Source: Halorarum halobium
GTDB lineage: Archaea > Halobacteriota > Halobacteria > Halobacteriales > Haloferacaceae
Length of the DNA: 64,000 bases
Direction: 5' to 3'
Assembly (NCBI RefSeq): GCF_032116555.1
Contig: NZ_CP134951.1
Span: 1 to 64,000, forward strand
Shown here: positions 40,592-50,794 of the stretch, piece after piece
Position numbering within the stretch: the first letter of the stretch is position 1
Layout: the number at the start of each line of letters is the position of its first letter
Notes under the pieces: generated by a model
Seen by the model: the letters and a program-made list of their open reading frames with translations, nothing else
What the model was told of the DNA's origin: nothing
Databases searched by the model: none
Translations under genes and position numbers: made by a program

Positions 40592-41287
40592 ATGCCATCC
40601 GCACTGTTCGTCGTCAGCGAGGAGGGGTACTGGGGAGAGGAGTGCGTCGAGCCGCTCACGACGCTCGACGATGCGGGCGTCGACGTGACGGTCACGACGC
40701 CGTCGGGCGGATCGGCCGTCGTCGACGAGCGCTCGGTCGACCCCGACAACGTCGGCGAGGAGACCGCCGCGTTCGTGCGCGAGGTCGCCGAGTCCGACGA
40801 CCGGCTTCAGGACCCCGAACCGATCGCCACTGAGTCGGCCGACGGCTACGACGCCGTCGTGTTCCCGGGCGGCCACGGCACCGAGTGGGACGTGAATCAG
40901 GACCGGCACGCCCGCGAACTCCTCAGGGAGGCGGTCGAATCGGGCGACTCGACGGCGCTCGTCGTCTGTCACGCCGTGGGCATCCTCGCGTTCACGCGCG
41001 ACTCGTCGGGCGGGCTCCTCGTCGAGGGCCGGGACGTGACTGGCTTCCCGAACGAGTGGGAGGAGGGCATCGTCGACGACCTCGACCGGATGCCAGACGG
41101 GCGAAAGCTGCCGTACTGGGTCGAGGACGAGGTGAGCGCCGCCGGTGCGAACTGGGACGCCGAACTCGACGCCGACGTCTCCGTCACGATCGACGGCGAT
41201 CTGGTGACGGCGCGCGGGCCGGGCTCCTCGGCTGCCGCGGCCGACGCGCTGCTGGGCGAACTCGGCGTCGAACGGCCCGCGGACTGA
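40592..41287 (+). CDS. DJ-1/PfpI (class I glutamine amidotransferase-like) protein
   Basis: GYWGEE, YDAVVFPGGHG, VCH nucleophile elbow, LVTARGP.S. Confidence 0.88.
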   Translation: MPSALFVVSEEGYWGEECVEPLTTLDDAGVDVTVTTPSGGSAVVDERSVDPDNVGEETAAFVREVAESDDRLQDPEPIATESADGYDAVVFPGGHGTEWDVNQDRHARELLREAVESGDSTALVVCHAVGILAFTRDSSGGLLVEGRDVTGFPNEWEEGIVDDLDRMPDGRKLPYWVEDEVSAAGANWDAELDADVSVTIDGDLVTARGPGSSAAAADALLGELGVERPAD

Positions 41288-41447
41288 CGGGGCTGCGACG
41301 CCGTCACGTGAGCCGGAATCCTGTCATCCGGATTTGACACTCCGCGTCAAGTTACTGGCCGATGCGTTAGCTTACTCCTAACCGTACACCGACTAACAAA
41401 GGTCCTCTTACCGAACCTAGTCACGTCGGAACCGCCGACGTGAAACA

Positions 41448-42557
41448 ATGACTACGGGTCCAGAGAGCGACGAGCACGGCAGTATCGACTCCGACACGAC
41501 CGACCGGCCGACGATGCGGGAGATGGGGCGACAGACACCCTCCCGGCGCGGCCTCCTGCTGGGAACCGGGGTGGCCGTCGGTGCGGGGCTCCTCGGCGTG
41601 GGCGGCTCGGCGCTCGCACAGCAGGAGGGCGGGGACGGCGACGGGACGGACGCCGTCCCGGACGAGTACTCCCGGCAGTACACCGACGTCGACGTCCTCT
41701 CGTACGCGCTCATGCTCGAACGGCTGGAGGACGCCTTCTACGCGGAGGGGCTCGACACGTTCTCCGAGGAGGACGTCGCCGACTCCGACGCGCTCGAGCA
41801 GTTCGGCGACGGGATGACGACCGCCGTCTGGGAGTATCTGACGACGGTCGGCGACCACGAGTCGACACACGTCGACCAGCTCGCCCGCGTCATCGAGGCG
41901 CTGGGCGGCGACCCGGGCGAGGCCCCGGAGTTCACCTTCGGGTTCGAGACGTTCGACGAGTTCCTCGCCACCGCGCAGGTGCTCGAGAACACGGGCGTCG
42001 CGGCGTACGCGGGGGCGGCCCCGGCCATCGAGAGCCCGGACGTCCTCTCGGCCGCGCTGTCGATCCACAGCGTCGAGGCGCGCCACGCCGCGTTCCTGAA
42101 CCTGCTCACCGGGGCTTCTCCGTTCCCGAACGCGTTCGACGAGGCCATGTCGATTCCGGAGGTGCTGGAGGCGATCCAGCCGTTCCTCCCCGGCGACGAG
42201 GAGACTGACACGCCTGAGGAGGAAACCGACACGCCCGAGGAGGAGACGGACACGCCGGAAGAGGAGACGGACACCCCCGAGGACGCGACCGAAACGCCGG
42301 AGGAGGAAACCGACACGCCCGGGGAACCGACCGAAACGCCGGAGGGCACTGACGTTCCCGAGGGGACGGACACGCCGTCGGGAACGGAGACGCCGACGGA
42401 CGGGACTGACGCGCCCGGCACCGCCACCGACACGCCGACGAGCGGCACCGGAACGCCCGGCGAGGGGACCGGGACGCCGGTCGACGGGACCGACTCGCCG
42501 CCCGGCACGCCGGGGACCCCCCCGAGCACGACCGACACGCCGGGTGGGGGGACCTAG
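41448..42557 (+). CDS. Tat-exported ferritin-like domain protein with Thr/Pro/Glu repeat tail
   Basis: SRRGLL signal; LE.LE..FY, HE..H, LENTGVAAY.GA, VEARH; TDTPEEE repeats. Confidence 0.85.
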   Translation: MTTGPESDEHGSIDSDTTDRPTMREMGRQTPSRRGLLLGTGVAVGAGLLGVGGSALAQQEGGDGDGTDAVPDEYSRQYTDVDVLSYALMLERLEDAFYAEGLDTFSEEDVADSDALEQFGDGMTTAVWEYLTTVGDHESTHVDQLARVIEALGGDPGEAPEFTFGFETFDEFLATAQVLENTGVAAYAGAAPAIESPDVLSAALSIHSVEARHAAFLNLLTGASPFPNAFDEAMSIPEVLEAIQPFLPGDEETDTPEEETDTPEEETDTPEEETDTPEDATETPEEETDTPGEPTETPEGTDVPEGTDTPSGTETPTDGTDAPGTATDTPTSGTGTPGEGTGTPVDGTDSPPGTPGTPPSTTDTPGGGT

Positions 42558-42599
42558 GCGCGACCGCCGGTCGTTCGCCCCGCCAGTCCTCCCGGCGGG

Positions 42600-43655
42600 T
42601 CAGAGTCCCCGCCGCTGATACCGCCTCCGGCCGAACTTGTAGAGCGGCCAGGCCACCGGCGAGAGCCCCTTCTCCATGCTGAACAGCGGGACGGCGCGCG
42701 CGCCGTACTTCTGCTTGAACCCGAACACCGAGTTGCGGAAGTGAGCGCCGGTCTTCCCGAACCCGTACTCGTCGAAGCCGTGCTCCATGCCGAACTTAAT
42801 CGCGTGCTCGTGGAGCAGTTCCGACGGGTGGTACTGGTAGTTCGACGCGTCCGGGACGGCCGAGAGCCAGTGGTGGAGCACCGACGCCTCCTCGTCGAGC
42901 AGGTGGACGTAGCGGCCGACCTCGCGCCCGTCGACGACGGCCGTGAACACCCGGACCCGGTCGCCGAACTCCTCGGCCAGCGACTCGAGGAAGGCGCGCG
43001 GGAGCACCGTCCCGTCCACCCGCTCCATGTTCGCCACGTACGGCTCGTAGGTCGCGTCGAGGTCGTCGCCGAGCCGGGAGACCTCGACCCGGTACTCCTG
43101 CTCGTGGGCCTCGCGGAGGTCCTTGCGTCGCTCCTTGTCCATCCGCGAGCGGACCGACTCCCAGTCGCCGTCGATGTCGAGTACGAACAGGCAGGTGTGG
43201 AACGTCGGCTCGTAGCCGCGCCCCTGGAGTTGCTGGCCGTAGCGGACGTTCGTCAGGTCGTGGGACTCCAGCCGGTGGAACACGACCCCTCGGCCGACCG
43301 ACGATTCGAGGCCGTCGAACAGCAGGTCCAGCGACTCGCGCTCGTCGGTCAACAGCAGCGGGCCGCCGAAGCCGGGCGAGGAGGAGGTCACCATCCGCAG
43401 CGGCGGGTCCGAGGGCAGGGGGTCGGTGACCGTGTCGGGCAGCGGGAGCTCGCGGAGCACGTTCGGCAGCACGGCCACGGGGTTGCCCTTCTTCTCGACG
43501 ACGACGTGGCGACCCTCCTCCTCGAACCCGTCCTCGAGCGCGCGGATCCACTCGTGTCTGTGGAACAGCGTCCCCCGTTCCGACTGGGAGACGACGTGGT
43601 TCCACTGGTTCTCGTTCACGTCGGCGACGGTGCGGTGGGCGCGGAACGCTGTCAT
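42600..43655 (-). CDS. FemAB-like GNAT family protein
   Basis: W..VV......LFH..EW, FGGP, MDKERRKDLREA, LLH..AI..G.....FG....SV..FK.KYGA. Confidence 0.82.
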   Translation of the reverse strand: MTAFRAHRTVADVNENQWNHVVSQSERGTLFHRHEWIRALEDGFEEEGRHVVVEKKGNPVAVLPNVLRELPLPDTVTDPLPSDPPLRMVTSSSPGFGGPLLLTDERESLDLLFDGLESSVGRGVVFHRLESHDLTNVRYGQQLQGRGYEPTFHTCLFVLDIDGDWESVRSRMDKERRKDLREAHEQEYRVEVSRLGDDLDATYEPYVANMERVDGTVLPRAFLESLAEEFGDRVRVFTAVVDGREVGRYVHLLDEEASVLHHWLSAVPDASNYQYHPSELLHEHAIKFGMEHGFDEYGFGKTGAHFRNSVFGFKQKYGARAVPLFSMEKGLSPVAWPLYKFGRRRYQRRGL

Positions 43656-43907
43656 GGATGCTGGTAGGGGTGGCCGGCGTCCGTTCCCGGACTGGCGGGA
43701 CGGCCCGTCGGGCCGTGCGTCGTTCCTCCCGGCGCTCGGGTCCGGGGATGATTCACTGGTCTGTCACGTCGCCGTCCGCGGATTTCGGCCGCGTACGTGG
43801 CGATTTCCGGGCGTTCGGACATTGTAATGGGACGGGTATCGGGCGGGTGGCTCGGGTAAGCCGGCGTTGTGGCGTCGTGACTTCCGCGACCGGCGGGCTC
43901 GGGTACG

Positions 43908-44930
43908 CTACTCACCGGCGCTCGGCCGGTTGACCCGAGTCGTCGCGTCCACGAGGTCGGCCAGCCCCTCGCGGAGCGACGTCGTCGGCTCGTATCCCAG
44001 CAGCTCCTCCGCCCGCGAGACGTCGGCCCGACTGCGCCGGAGGTCGCCGGGGCGGGGGTCGACGTGGACGATGTCGACGTCGGGGTCGGTCAGTTCCCGG
44101 ACCAGCTCGGCGAGCTCCCGGATCGTGACGCTCTCGCCGGTGCCGACGTTGACGGCCGTGCCGACGCGGTCGGTGACGGCGGCCGCCAGGTTCGCGTCCA
44201 CCACGTCCGAGACGTGGACGAAGTCGCGCGTCTGCTCGCCGTCGCCCTCGACCGTGAGCGGGCCGCCCGAGCGCGCCTGATCCAGGAAGGCGCTGATGAC
44301 GCCGCTGTACGGGCCGCTCGCCTGCCGCGGGCCGTACACGTTGAAGTAGCGGAGCGCCACCGTCTCCAGGTCGTACAGCTCGTCGTACAGCCGGGCGTAG
44401 TGGTCGAGCGCGAGCTTGTCGAGCGCGTACGGGGAGGACGGCCGCTTCGGCTGGTCCTCGGTGACCGGGACCGATTCTGGCTGCCCGTAGATGGCGACGC
44501 TCGAAGCCAGCACGACGCGGGCGTCGACGCGCCGGGCAGCCTCCAGCACCTGTACCGTGGCCGTCGCGTTCCGGTCGTGGCTCTCGGTCGGCCGGTCGAC
44601 CGACTTGGGAACCGAGACGAGACCCGCCTGGTGGAACACCATGTCGATCCCCTCCATCGCCGCGCCGAGCGTGTCCGGGTCGCGCACGTCGCCCTCGAGG
44701 AGCCTCGCGCCGTCCGGGACGTTCTCGCGTCGCCCCGTCGAGAGGTCGTCGAGCACCCGGACGTCGTTGTCGGCCACGAGCGCGTCGGCGAGGTGGCCCC
44801 CGACGAACCCCGCGCCGCCGGTCACGAGCACCGACTGCCCCGTCGGCCGGTCGGTCGCGGGCGCCCGGCCCGCGCCGGCTCGCCGCCCGGAGTTCCCGGC
44901 GTCCCCGGCACGTTCCCCGTCGTCGGTCAT
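43908..44930 (-). CDS. NAD-dependent sugar epimerase/dehydratase (GalE-like)
   Basis: TGGAGFVG, YALDK (YxxxK), LRYFNVYGPRQ, GDGEQTRDFVHV. Confidence 0.93.
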   Translation of the reverse strand: MTDDGERAGDAGNSGRRAGAGRAPATDRPTGQSVLVTGGAGFVGGHLADALVADNDVRVLDDLSTGRRENVPDGARLLEGDVRDPDTLGAAMEGIDMVFHQAGLVSVPKSVDRPTESHDRNATATVQVLEAARRVDARVVLASSVAIYGQPESVPVTEDQPKRPSSPYALDKLALDHYARLYDELYDLETVALRYFNVYGPRQASGPYSGVISAFLDQARSGGPLTVEGDGEQTRDFVHVSDVVDANLAAAVTDRVGTAVNVGTGESVTIRELAELVRELTDPDVDIVHVDPRPGDLRRSRADVSRAEELLGYEPTTSLREGLADLVDATTRVNRPSAGE

Positions 44931-45038
44931 CGCCGCCCACCGCGCGAACGCTGTCGCCCGTTCATACGACCGAGCAGGGTCGGTCGCGGGATTGTTAGCC
45001 GTCCGCTTCCGGCCGGGAGCGCCCGTTCGGGCCGGGCC

Positions 45039-46508
45039 TCAGCCGATGAACTCGGCGACCTCGCGGACGTCGAGGACGCCGCCGGCGACCGAGAGCACGC
45101 TCCAGACGAGCAGCCCGACGACCACGGCCCCCACGAGCGTGAGGATGCCCGACACCATCGGCAGCACCGAGACGACGACCGCGCCCATCCCGGCCGTGAC
45201 GAGACAGACGATCCCGGCGTGCCGGGCGACCCGTCGGAGGCTGAACTCCAGCTCGCTGTGGATGACCCAGACGTTCGCGCCGGTGTAGACGGTGTAGGTG
45301 ATCACCGTGGCGATCGCCGCGCCGACGACGCCCATCGTGGGGATGAGCACCAGGTTCAACAGGAAGTTCGCGACCGCAGTGGCCGTCTTGACGACCGCCC
45401 GCGAGCGGGCGCGTCCCAGGTAGTCCAGCCCGTCGCTGGTCACCTTGTTGATCGCGTTGACGAAGATGAAGCCGCTGAACACCTGGACGACCGGGACCGC
45501 CTCGAGGTACGGCGTGCCGAACACGTACCGGACCATCGGCTCGGCGACGAGGATCAGCCCGACGGTCGCGGGCACGTACGCCAGCAGGACGTACTGGAGC
45601 GACCGCTCGTACAGGCTGGCGGCCCGGTCGAGCCGGTCGCCGGACTTCTGCTCGCCGAGCGCGGGCGAGATGGTGAAGCCGAACGACGCGGCCGGCATCG
45701 AGACGAAGTCGGAGACCTGCTTTGCGACCGTGTAGTAGCCGACCGCGGTCATGTTCATGAGCAGGCCGACCAGCACGGTGTCGACGCGCTTGTCGAGGAC
45801 GTTCGCGCCACGGGTCGCCGTCAGGGGCACCGCGTACTCCAGCATGCGTCTGGTGAGCCCCTCCTCCATCTCGGGGGCGGGCTCGTACCGCCGGTAGAAG
45901 TCGACGTACAGCGCGCCGAACCCGACCACGCTGGCGAGGACGAAGCTGGCGACGTAGCCCGCGAGCGCCCCGACCGCGCCGAAGCCGAGGAGCACGAAGG
46001 CGGCGACGAAGACGAGCCGGGAGACGCTGCTGATGACCTTGACGACGGCCGTCCACGTCACCTGGTTGAACCCCTGGAAGATCGAGCCGAGGTACTTCGT
46101 CCCCGACCGGCTGCCGATGTAGACCGCGCCGACGAGCAGGAAGGGGACGATCCGCGGCTCGTCCAGCAGCCGTGCGGCGGGCCGCCCGACGACGACGACC
46201 GCGACGCTGAGGACGACCGTGATGACGCCGAGATACAGGACCGACCGGCGGATGATGTGGGGGATCTGTCCCGGGTCGGTCTCGGCGAAGTCGGTGATGT
46301 ACCGCGCGGCCGACTTCGGGAGCCCCAGCGTGGCGAAGATGCTGACGATGGTGAGCACCGAGAGCGCGAAGTTGAGCCGGCCGTACCCCTCCGTCGTGAG
46401 GAGAAACCGGGTCAGGAGGACGACCAGCAGCGCGTTCGACACCATCCGCACCACGCCCGCGCCGAAGATGGCCTTCACGCCCCGGGAGAGCCGGTCCGTC
46501 GAGACCAT
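45039..46508 (-). CDS. Wzx-like oligosaccharide flippase
   Basis: About 12-14 TMs; YG.L, D.VLVG......VGYY, NLVLIP.MG..GAAIAT. Confidence 0.88.
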   Translation of the reverse strand: MVSTDRLSRGVKAIFGAGVVRMVSNALLVVLLTRFLLTTEGYGRLNFALSVLTIVSIFATLGLPKSAARYITDFAETDPGQIPHIIRRSVLYLGVITVVLSVAVVVVGRPAARLLDEPRIVPFLLVGAVYIGSRSGTKYLGSIFQGFNQVTWTAVVKVISSVSRLVFVAAFVLLGFGAVGALAGYVASFVLASVVGFGALYVDFYRRYEPAPEMEEGLTRRMLEYAVPLTATRGANVLDKRVDTVLVGLLMNMTAVGYYTVAKQVSDFVSMPAASFGFTISPALGEQKSGDRLDRAASLYERSLQYVLLAYVPATVGLILVAEPMVRYVFGTPYLEAVPVVQVFSGFIFVNAINKVTSDGLDYLGRARSRAVVKTATAVANFLLNLVLIPTMGVVGAAIATVITYTVYTGANVWVIHSELEFSLRRVARHAGIVCLVTAGMGAVVVSVLPMVSGILTLVGAVVVGLLVWSVLSVAGGVLDVREVAEFIG

Positions 46509-48350
46509 CTAGGCCCCGTCCCCGTCGATGAGATACTGCCGGAGGCCGTCGTTCGCCCGGATCCTGTTCACGCCGGGCGTCGTCTCGAGCGCCCTGAAGC
46601 TCGCGGCGTCGTACCGGAAGCCGTCGTAGAGGCGCACCTCACGCTCGTAGTCCGCGTCGTTGACGATCAGATACCCCTGGTCCTCGAACCGGTCGAGGTA
46701 GCCCTGCCCCCTGAAGCTCGTGCCGTTGATCCCCTCCCGGTAGCCGGGGAAATCGAGGGTCGTCGTGGCCCGCTGGGTGCCGTACTCGGCGTCGACGTAG
46801 CGGCGCGGCCCGCCGCGGATCCCGACGAACGGCGTGCCCTCCTCCCGGTGCTCGAACGCCTCGGCGAAGCCGTCGATGCGGGTCTCGGTCACCTGGTCGT
46901 TCGGCTGGTACGTGTACGGCGAGCTGTGGTAGGCAGCAGCCCCCACCGGCACCATGACCAGGAACAGCACCACGAGCACCACGCGCGTGTCGGTCCCGAC
47001 CCGACCACCGCCGTACGCGCGGACGGCCCTGGCCAGCCCGACCGCGGCGAGGATCGTCACCGGCACCATGATGAACCCCTGATACCTGAAGTACTGGTCG
47101 CCCGCGGAGGCGACGAGGAACAGGAGGAACAGCCCGAACAGCGGCACGAGCGCCGCGGCGACGTAGACGAGCAGCGAGGTGACATCAGTCCGCTCCTCGC
47201 GGAGCCGGCCGGCGATCAGCGCGACGATCAGCCCGCCGGCCAGCAGCGAGAGCACCACCCCCGGCAGGAACAGTTTAACGAACAGCGAGGGGAGGCTCCC
47301 GCCGACGGCGACCAGCGACGTCCCCTTCGACGCGACGACGGTCCCGGCCGAGGAGCCCTCGAACACGATGCTCGTGATGGTGGCGACGATGGCCCCCTGG
47401 ACGCGCTCGAAGCGCGGCGCCCAGAGCAGGAACGCGACCGCGAGGACCCCGGTCTGTGCGTACAGCGGCCGATGGGCGGTGATGGGATGGTCCGTCGTTC
47501 GTGCGCGGTACAGCACCTGCACGAGCGCGATGGCGCCGAAGAACAGCACGACGTTCAGCGCCTGCTGGGGGTGGACCAGCACCACCGCGCTGGAGGCCAG
47601 CGCGAGCAGGATGCCGACGGCGGTCACGCGGTCGCCGGCCGCCCCGCGCCGGACCGCGGCGTCGGCCGACGCGCGGAGCGGCCTGGTGCTGTATCGGAGC
47701 ACGAGGTACAGCACGAACGGGAAAAAGAGGATCGCCTGGCTCGTGGGGTGTGCGAACGGGTGGACCGAGACGCCGTTGACCGGCGCGAGCAACAGCGCCG
47801 AGAGGACGCCCAGCGTGACCGCGAGCCGCGAGTCGTCGAGCAGCCTGACACACAGCGGGACGAACAGGAGGAACACGAGCGTGTAACAGACGATGGTGAC
47901 GAGCATCAGCGCGACGCGGACGGACAGCCCCGTGACGGCGGCGACGAAGACGGCCGTGCTGTGGACGCCCGGGTAGAGCAGGTTCACCGGCGTGAGCGTC
48001 CCCGACGCCAGCTCGCGCGCCCACCCGAGGTGGCTCAACGCGTCGCCGGAGCCGTAGAAGTAGTAGCCCCGGAGCAACGGCATCGTGACCAGCGCGAGGA
48101 CGGTCGCGCCGGCCAGCAGGACGCCGGCGTTCCCGAGCCGATCCGGAACCTCCCCGAGCAGCGCGACCGTGACCCCGGCCGCGAGCGCGACGCAGAGACA
48201 CGCCCAGACGGCGGGCGGCGTCGCCGCGTACAGCGACAGTTCGTATCCCGTCGGCGGCGCGCGGCGCGCGAGCAGCACCGCTGCCAGCAGCGCGAGAAAT
48301 CCGACCGTCAGCCCGACTTTCGAGCGGCGATGTGAGTTCCTTCCTGACAT
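46509..48350 (-). CDS. Polytopic membrane protein, candidate glycan polymerase/transferase (GT-C-like)
   Basis: GDALSHLG, LYPGVH, LVHP motifs, many TMs, soluble C-terminal domain; coupled to the flippase; function inferred. Confidence 0.6.
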   Translation of the reverse strand: MSGRNSHRRSKVGLTVGFLALLAAVLLARRAPPTGYELSLYAATPPAVWACLCVALAAGVTVALLGEVPDRLGNAGVLLAGATVLALVTMPLLRGYYFYGSGDALSHLGWARELASGTLTPVNLLYPGVHSTAVFVAAVTGLSVRVALMLVTIVCYTLVFLLFVPLCVRLLDDSRLAVTLGVLSALLLAPVNGVSVHPFAHPTSQAILFFPFVLYLVLRYSTRPLRASADAAVRRGAAGDRVTAVGILLALASSAVVLVHPQQALNVVLFFGAIALVQVLYRARTTDHPITAHRPLYAQTGVLAVAFLLWAPRFERVQGAIVATITSIVFEGSSAGTVVASKGTSLVAVGGSLPSLFVKLFLPGVVLSLLAGGLIVALIAGRLREERTDVTSLLVYVAAALVPLFGLFLLFLVASAGDQYFRYQGFIMVPVTILAAVGLARAVRAYGGGRVGTDTRVVLVVLFLVMVPVGAAAYHSSPYTYQPNDQVTETRIDGFAEAFEHREEGTPFVGIRGGPRRYVDAEYGTQRATTTLDFPGYREGINGTSFRGQGYLDRFEDQGYLIVNDADYEREVRLYDGFRYDAASFRALETTPGVNRIRANDGLRQYLIDGDGA

Positions 48351-48636
48351 GTTCGGCTCCCCATCCGGACGTGGGTTCTCGTCATACACCGACCACGTCA
48401 CGGGCTTAGTTATGGAGAACCAACGCCGTCTCGTCGCGGTTTAGCCGCGGAATACCCCGGCGAGACGGGGAGCCACGATTCTCGCGGCCGGCGGTCGGCT
48501 GCGGCCCGCCCGTCGCCGTCACGGTCGAACCGCGACGAGAAGGAGCGGGTTTCCGGGCCGGTCGGCGTCGTCGGCGACCCGAACTCGCCGGCGTGGGCAC
48601 GGCGACCCGACCCGTTTCCGGACGACGCGAGCGGGT

Positions 48637-49572
48637 TCAGTTCGAGAGGACGGAGCGGTACACGTCGCGGAGGCGCTCGTTCGACCGCTGGACGCTCACC
48701 TCGCGGGCCGCCTCCCGGCCGTCCGAGCGCTCGCCCGCCGCGAGCACGTCGGCGAGCGAGCTCGCCAGCCCCTCGTCGGAGACCTCGACGGACGAGGGGG
48801 AGACGTCCCGGAGACGGGCGCGCACGTCGCCGACGTCCGTGGAGACGACCGGGAGGTTACACGCCATCGCCTCCTTCACCGAGTTGGGCGACCCCTCCCG
48901 CCGGGACGTGATCAACAGCGCGTCGGCCGCGTTCATGTAGACGGACATCCGCTCGTGGGGGACGCCCGTGACCGTGTGGAGTTCGACGCGCCCGTCCACG
49001 CGCTCGCGCGTCGCCTCGACGACGCGCTCGGCGCGCGGGAAGTCCTTCACGCCGCGCTCGGGCGGGTACGGGAAGAGGACGTGCCTGGCGTCGGGGTCCC
49101 AGCCCAGGTCCGCGCGCGCCTCGCCGACGTCGGCCGGCGCGAAGCGGTCGAGGTCGACGCCGTGGGGGATGACGTGACAGTCGCGGTCGAGCCGCTCTGC
49201 CATCTCGGGGGACATGACGACCACGGCGTCGGCCAGCCGCGCGCAGAGCGCGCTGACCGGGCCGTACCGACCCATGAGGTCGCTCCCCCAGAGCGAGACG
49301 ACGACCGGGAGCGACGGCTGTGCCACGGCGGCCGGGGCGGTCAGGCCGTAGTTGGCGTGGACCAGGTCGTAGTCGCCGAACGACCGGCGGAGCACCGACG
49401 GGTAGAGCCGGAGGTAGTTCAGCGGGCTCCGGCCGTCGACCGTGCCGTCGCCGAAGCGGCGGGCCCCCGGGACCGGCAGCGTCTCGGTCTCGACGCCGGC
49501 CGCCTCCAGGTAGCGCACCTGCTGGTTGAAGAAGCGCGACTGCGCGTTGGTGACGAGCTGGAGCGCCCGCAT
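48637..49572 (-). CDS. GT4 glycosyltransferase
   Basis: VHANYG, IPHGVD..RF, EGSPNSVKEAMACNLPVVSTDVG. Confidence 0.92.
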   Translation of the reverse strand: MRALQLVTNAQSRFFNQQVRYLEAAGVETETLPVPGARRFGDGTVDGRSPLNYLRLYPSVLRRSFGDYDLVHANYGLTAPAAVAQPSLPVVVSLWGSDLMGRYGPVSALCARLADAVVVMSPEMAERLDRDCHVIPHGVDLDRFAPADVGEARADLGWDPDARHVLFPYPPERGVKDFPRAERVVEATRERVDGRVELHTVTGVPHERMSVYMNAADALLITSRREGSPNSVKEAMACNLPVVSTDVGDVRARLRDVSPSSVEVSDEGLASSLADVLAAGERSDGREAAREVSVQRSNERLRDVYRSVLSN

Positions 49573-50580
49573 CTATCGGGCCACCAGCCTGTAGGCTCGC
49601 TTGGCGACGTCCATGCCAGGGCCGCCGGACTCGAGGACGTAGTAGGGCGCGAGCTCGGCCCCGAACTTGCTCTTGTACCGGCAGAGACGCTCGGTGTTCG
49701 CGCCCATCAGGTCGTACGAATGGACCGACTCCCGCGGCTCGCCAGCGGCGACGTCCTCGACCATCGTCCAGTGGACGAGGCTGTTGACGCTCACGCCCTC
49801 GTGGGTCGTCCGCGCGCCGCCGAGCCAGTAGTAGGCGGCGTCGTTCGAGTACAGCGCGACGACGCCGGTGAGGAACTCGTCGTCGGGCCCGCGGGCGACG
49901 TACGTGCGACAGCGGTCCTCGGCGGCCAGCGCCTCCGTCAGGTCGCGGACGTACGGCCAGGTGAGGCTAAAGCCCCGGTCCTGCTCGTCGTAGCGGTCGG
50001 CGGTGTGCTCGAACACCTCGCGGGTGCCCTCCCGTCCCTCGACCCTGACCGTGACGTCGAGGTCGCGGGCGTCGCCGATCTCGCGTCGGAGGCTCTTGCT
50101 GGCGGCCGTGAGCAGGTCGTCCGGGTCCTCGTCGACGGCGAGCCGGTAGGTGAACTGGACGTCCAGATCGAGGTCGTTCCAGACGTACGGCCGCGGGTCC
50201 GGGTAGGCTGTGTTGCAGACGGTCCGGAACAGCGTCAGCGAGCCGTCGACGTCGAACTCGTCGACGAGCTTCCCGGCGAAGGCGGCGTTCACCTTCTCGC
50301 GCTTGCGCCGCTTCGGGCTCGCGGGCATCACGATGGGGCCAAGCTGTGGGACCGCGAACCCGGGCGGCGGCGACGTCACCGCGGTGCCGACGGACCGCTC
50401 CCGGACGAACGCGGGAAACAGGCCGACCGGCCGGTCCCCCTTGAACCCCCCGTACAGTCTGAGTTCGCCCTCCGCGTGGTCGCCGAGCACGTCGAGGGCG
50501 GCAGGCGCGTGGAACGCCTCGAACCCCGACGCGGGCAGGGCGTCGCCCCACTCGTCGAGGCTGAGCGTCTCGAGTCTCAT
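49573..50580 (-). CDS. FemAB-like GNAT family protein
   Basis: W......FH...L, LGP, SKSLRREI, YYWLGG, SLVHW, YDLMGAN...L..YKSKFG. Confidence 0.82.
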   Translation of the reverse strand: MRLETLSLDEWGDALPASGFEAFHAPAALDVLGDHAEGELRLYGGFKGDRPVGLFPAFVRERSVGTAVTSPPPGFAVPQLGPIVMPASPKRRKREKVNAAFAGKLVDEFDVDGSLTLFRTVCNTAYPDPRPYVWNDLDLDVQFTYRLAVDEDPDDLLTAASKSLRREIGDARDLDVTVRVEGREGTREVFEHTADRYDEQDRGFSLTWPYVRDLTEALAAEDRCRTYVARGPDDEFLTGVVALYSNDAAYYWLGGARTTHEGVSVNSLVHWTMVEDVAAGEPRESVHSYDLMGANTERLCRYKSKFGAELAPYYVLESGGPGMDVAKRAYRLVAR

Positions 50581-50664
50581 TCGGTCGCGTCGGGGGGCCG
50601 AGCCCCGTTTGTTACAACCCGCCTACCGTCCTCGGGCGGCCCGTAGCGGGCCGAACCGGCATCG

Positions 50665-50754
50665 GCGATCGTTGTCGGACTGGTCGCTGTCGGACTGGTT
50701 CCTGTCGGAGCGATCGCTGCCGGAGTACTCCCTGCCGGACTGGGCCTTGCCGGA
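50665..50754. repeat. Six degenerate 15-bp tandem repeats (..TGYCGGA)
   Basis: GCGATCGTTGTCGGA CTGGTCGCTGTCGGA CTGGTTCCTGTCGGA GCGATCGCTGCCGGA GTACTCCCTGCCGGA CTGGGCCTTGCCGGA. Confidence 0.85.
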
Positions 50755-50794
50755 TCGCTCCCGAAAACTGACCTCCCACGGTCGGCCGCCCGGC

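Noticed and set aside
42199..42540. 21-bp repeats, and likewise the 9-bp DGS repeats near 62000-62150 and poly-Gly near 34760-34870, as DNA elements
   Set aside because: They encode low-complexity protein linkers with synonymous variation
44064..48335. 1423-aa plus-strand ORF and other long ORFs (2216-4951, 12629-15526, 33005-35749, 51033-53633)
   Set aside because: Antisense or alternate-frame shadows of well-supported genes in high-GC DNA; Arg/Pro-rich or otherwise atypical, with no motifs
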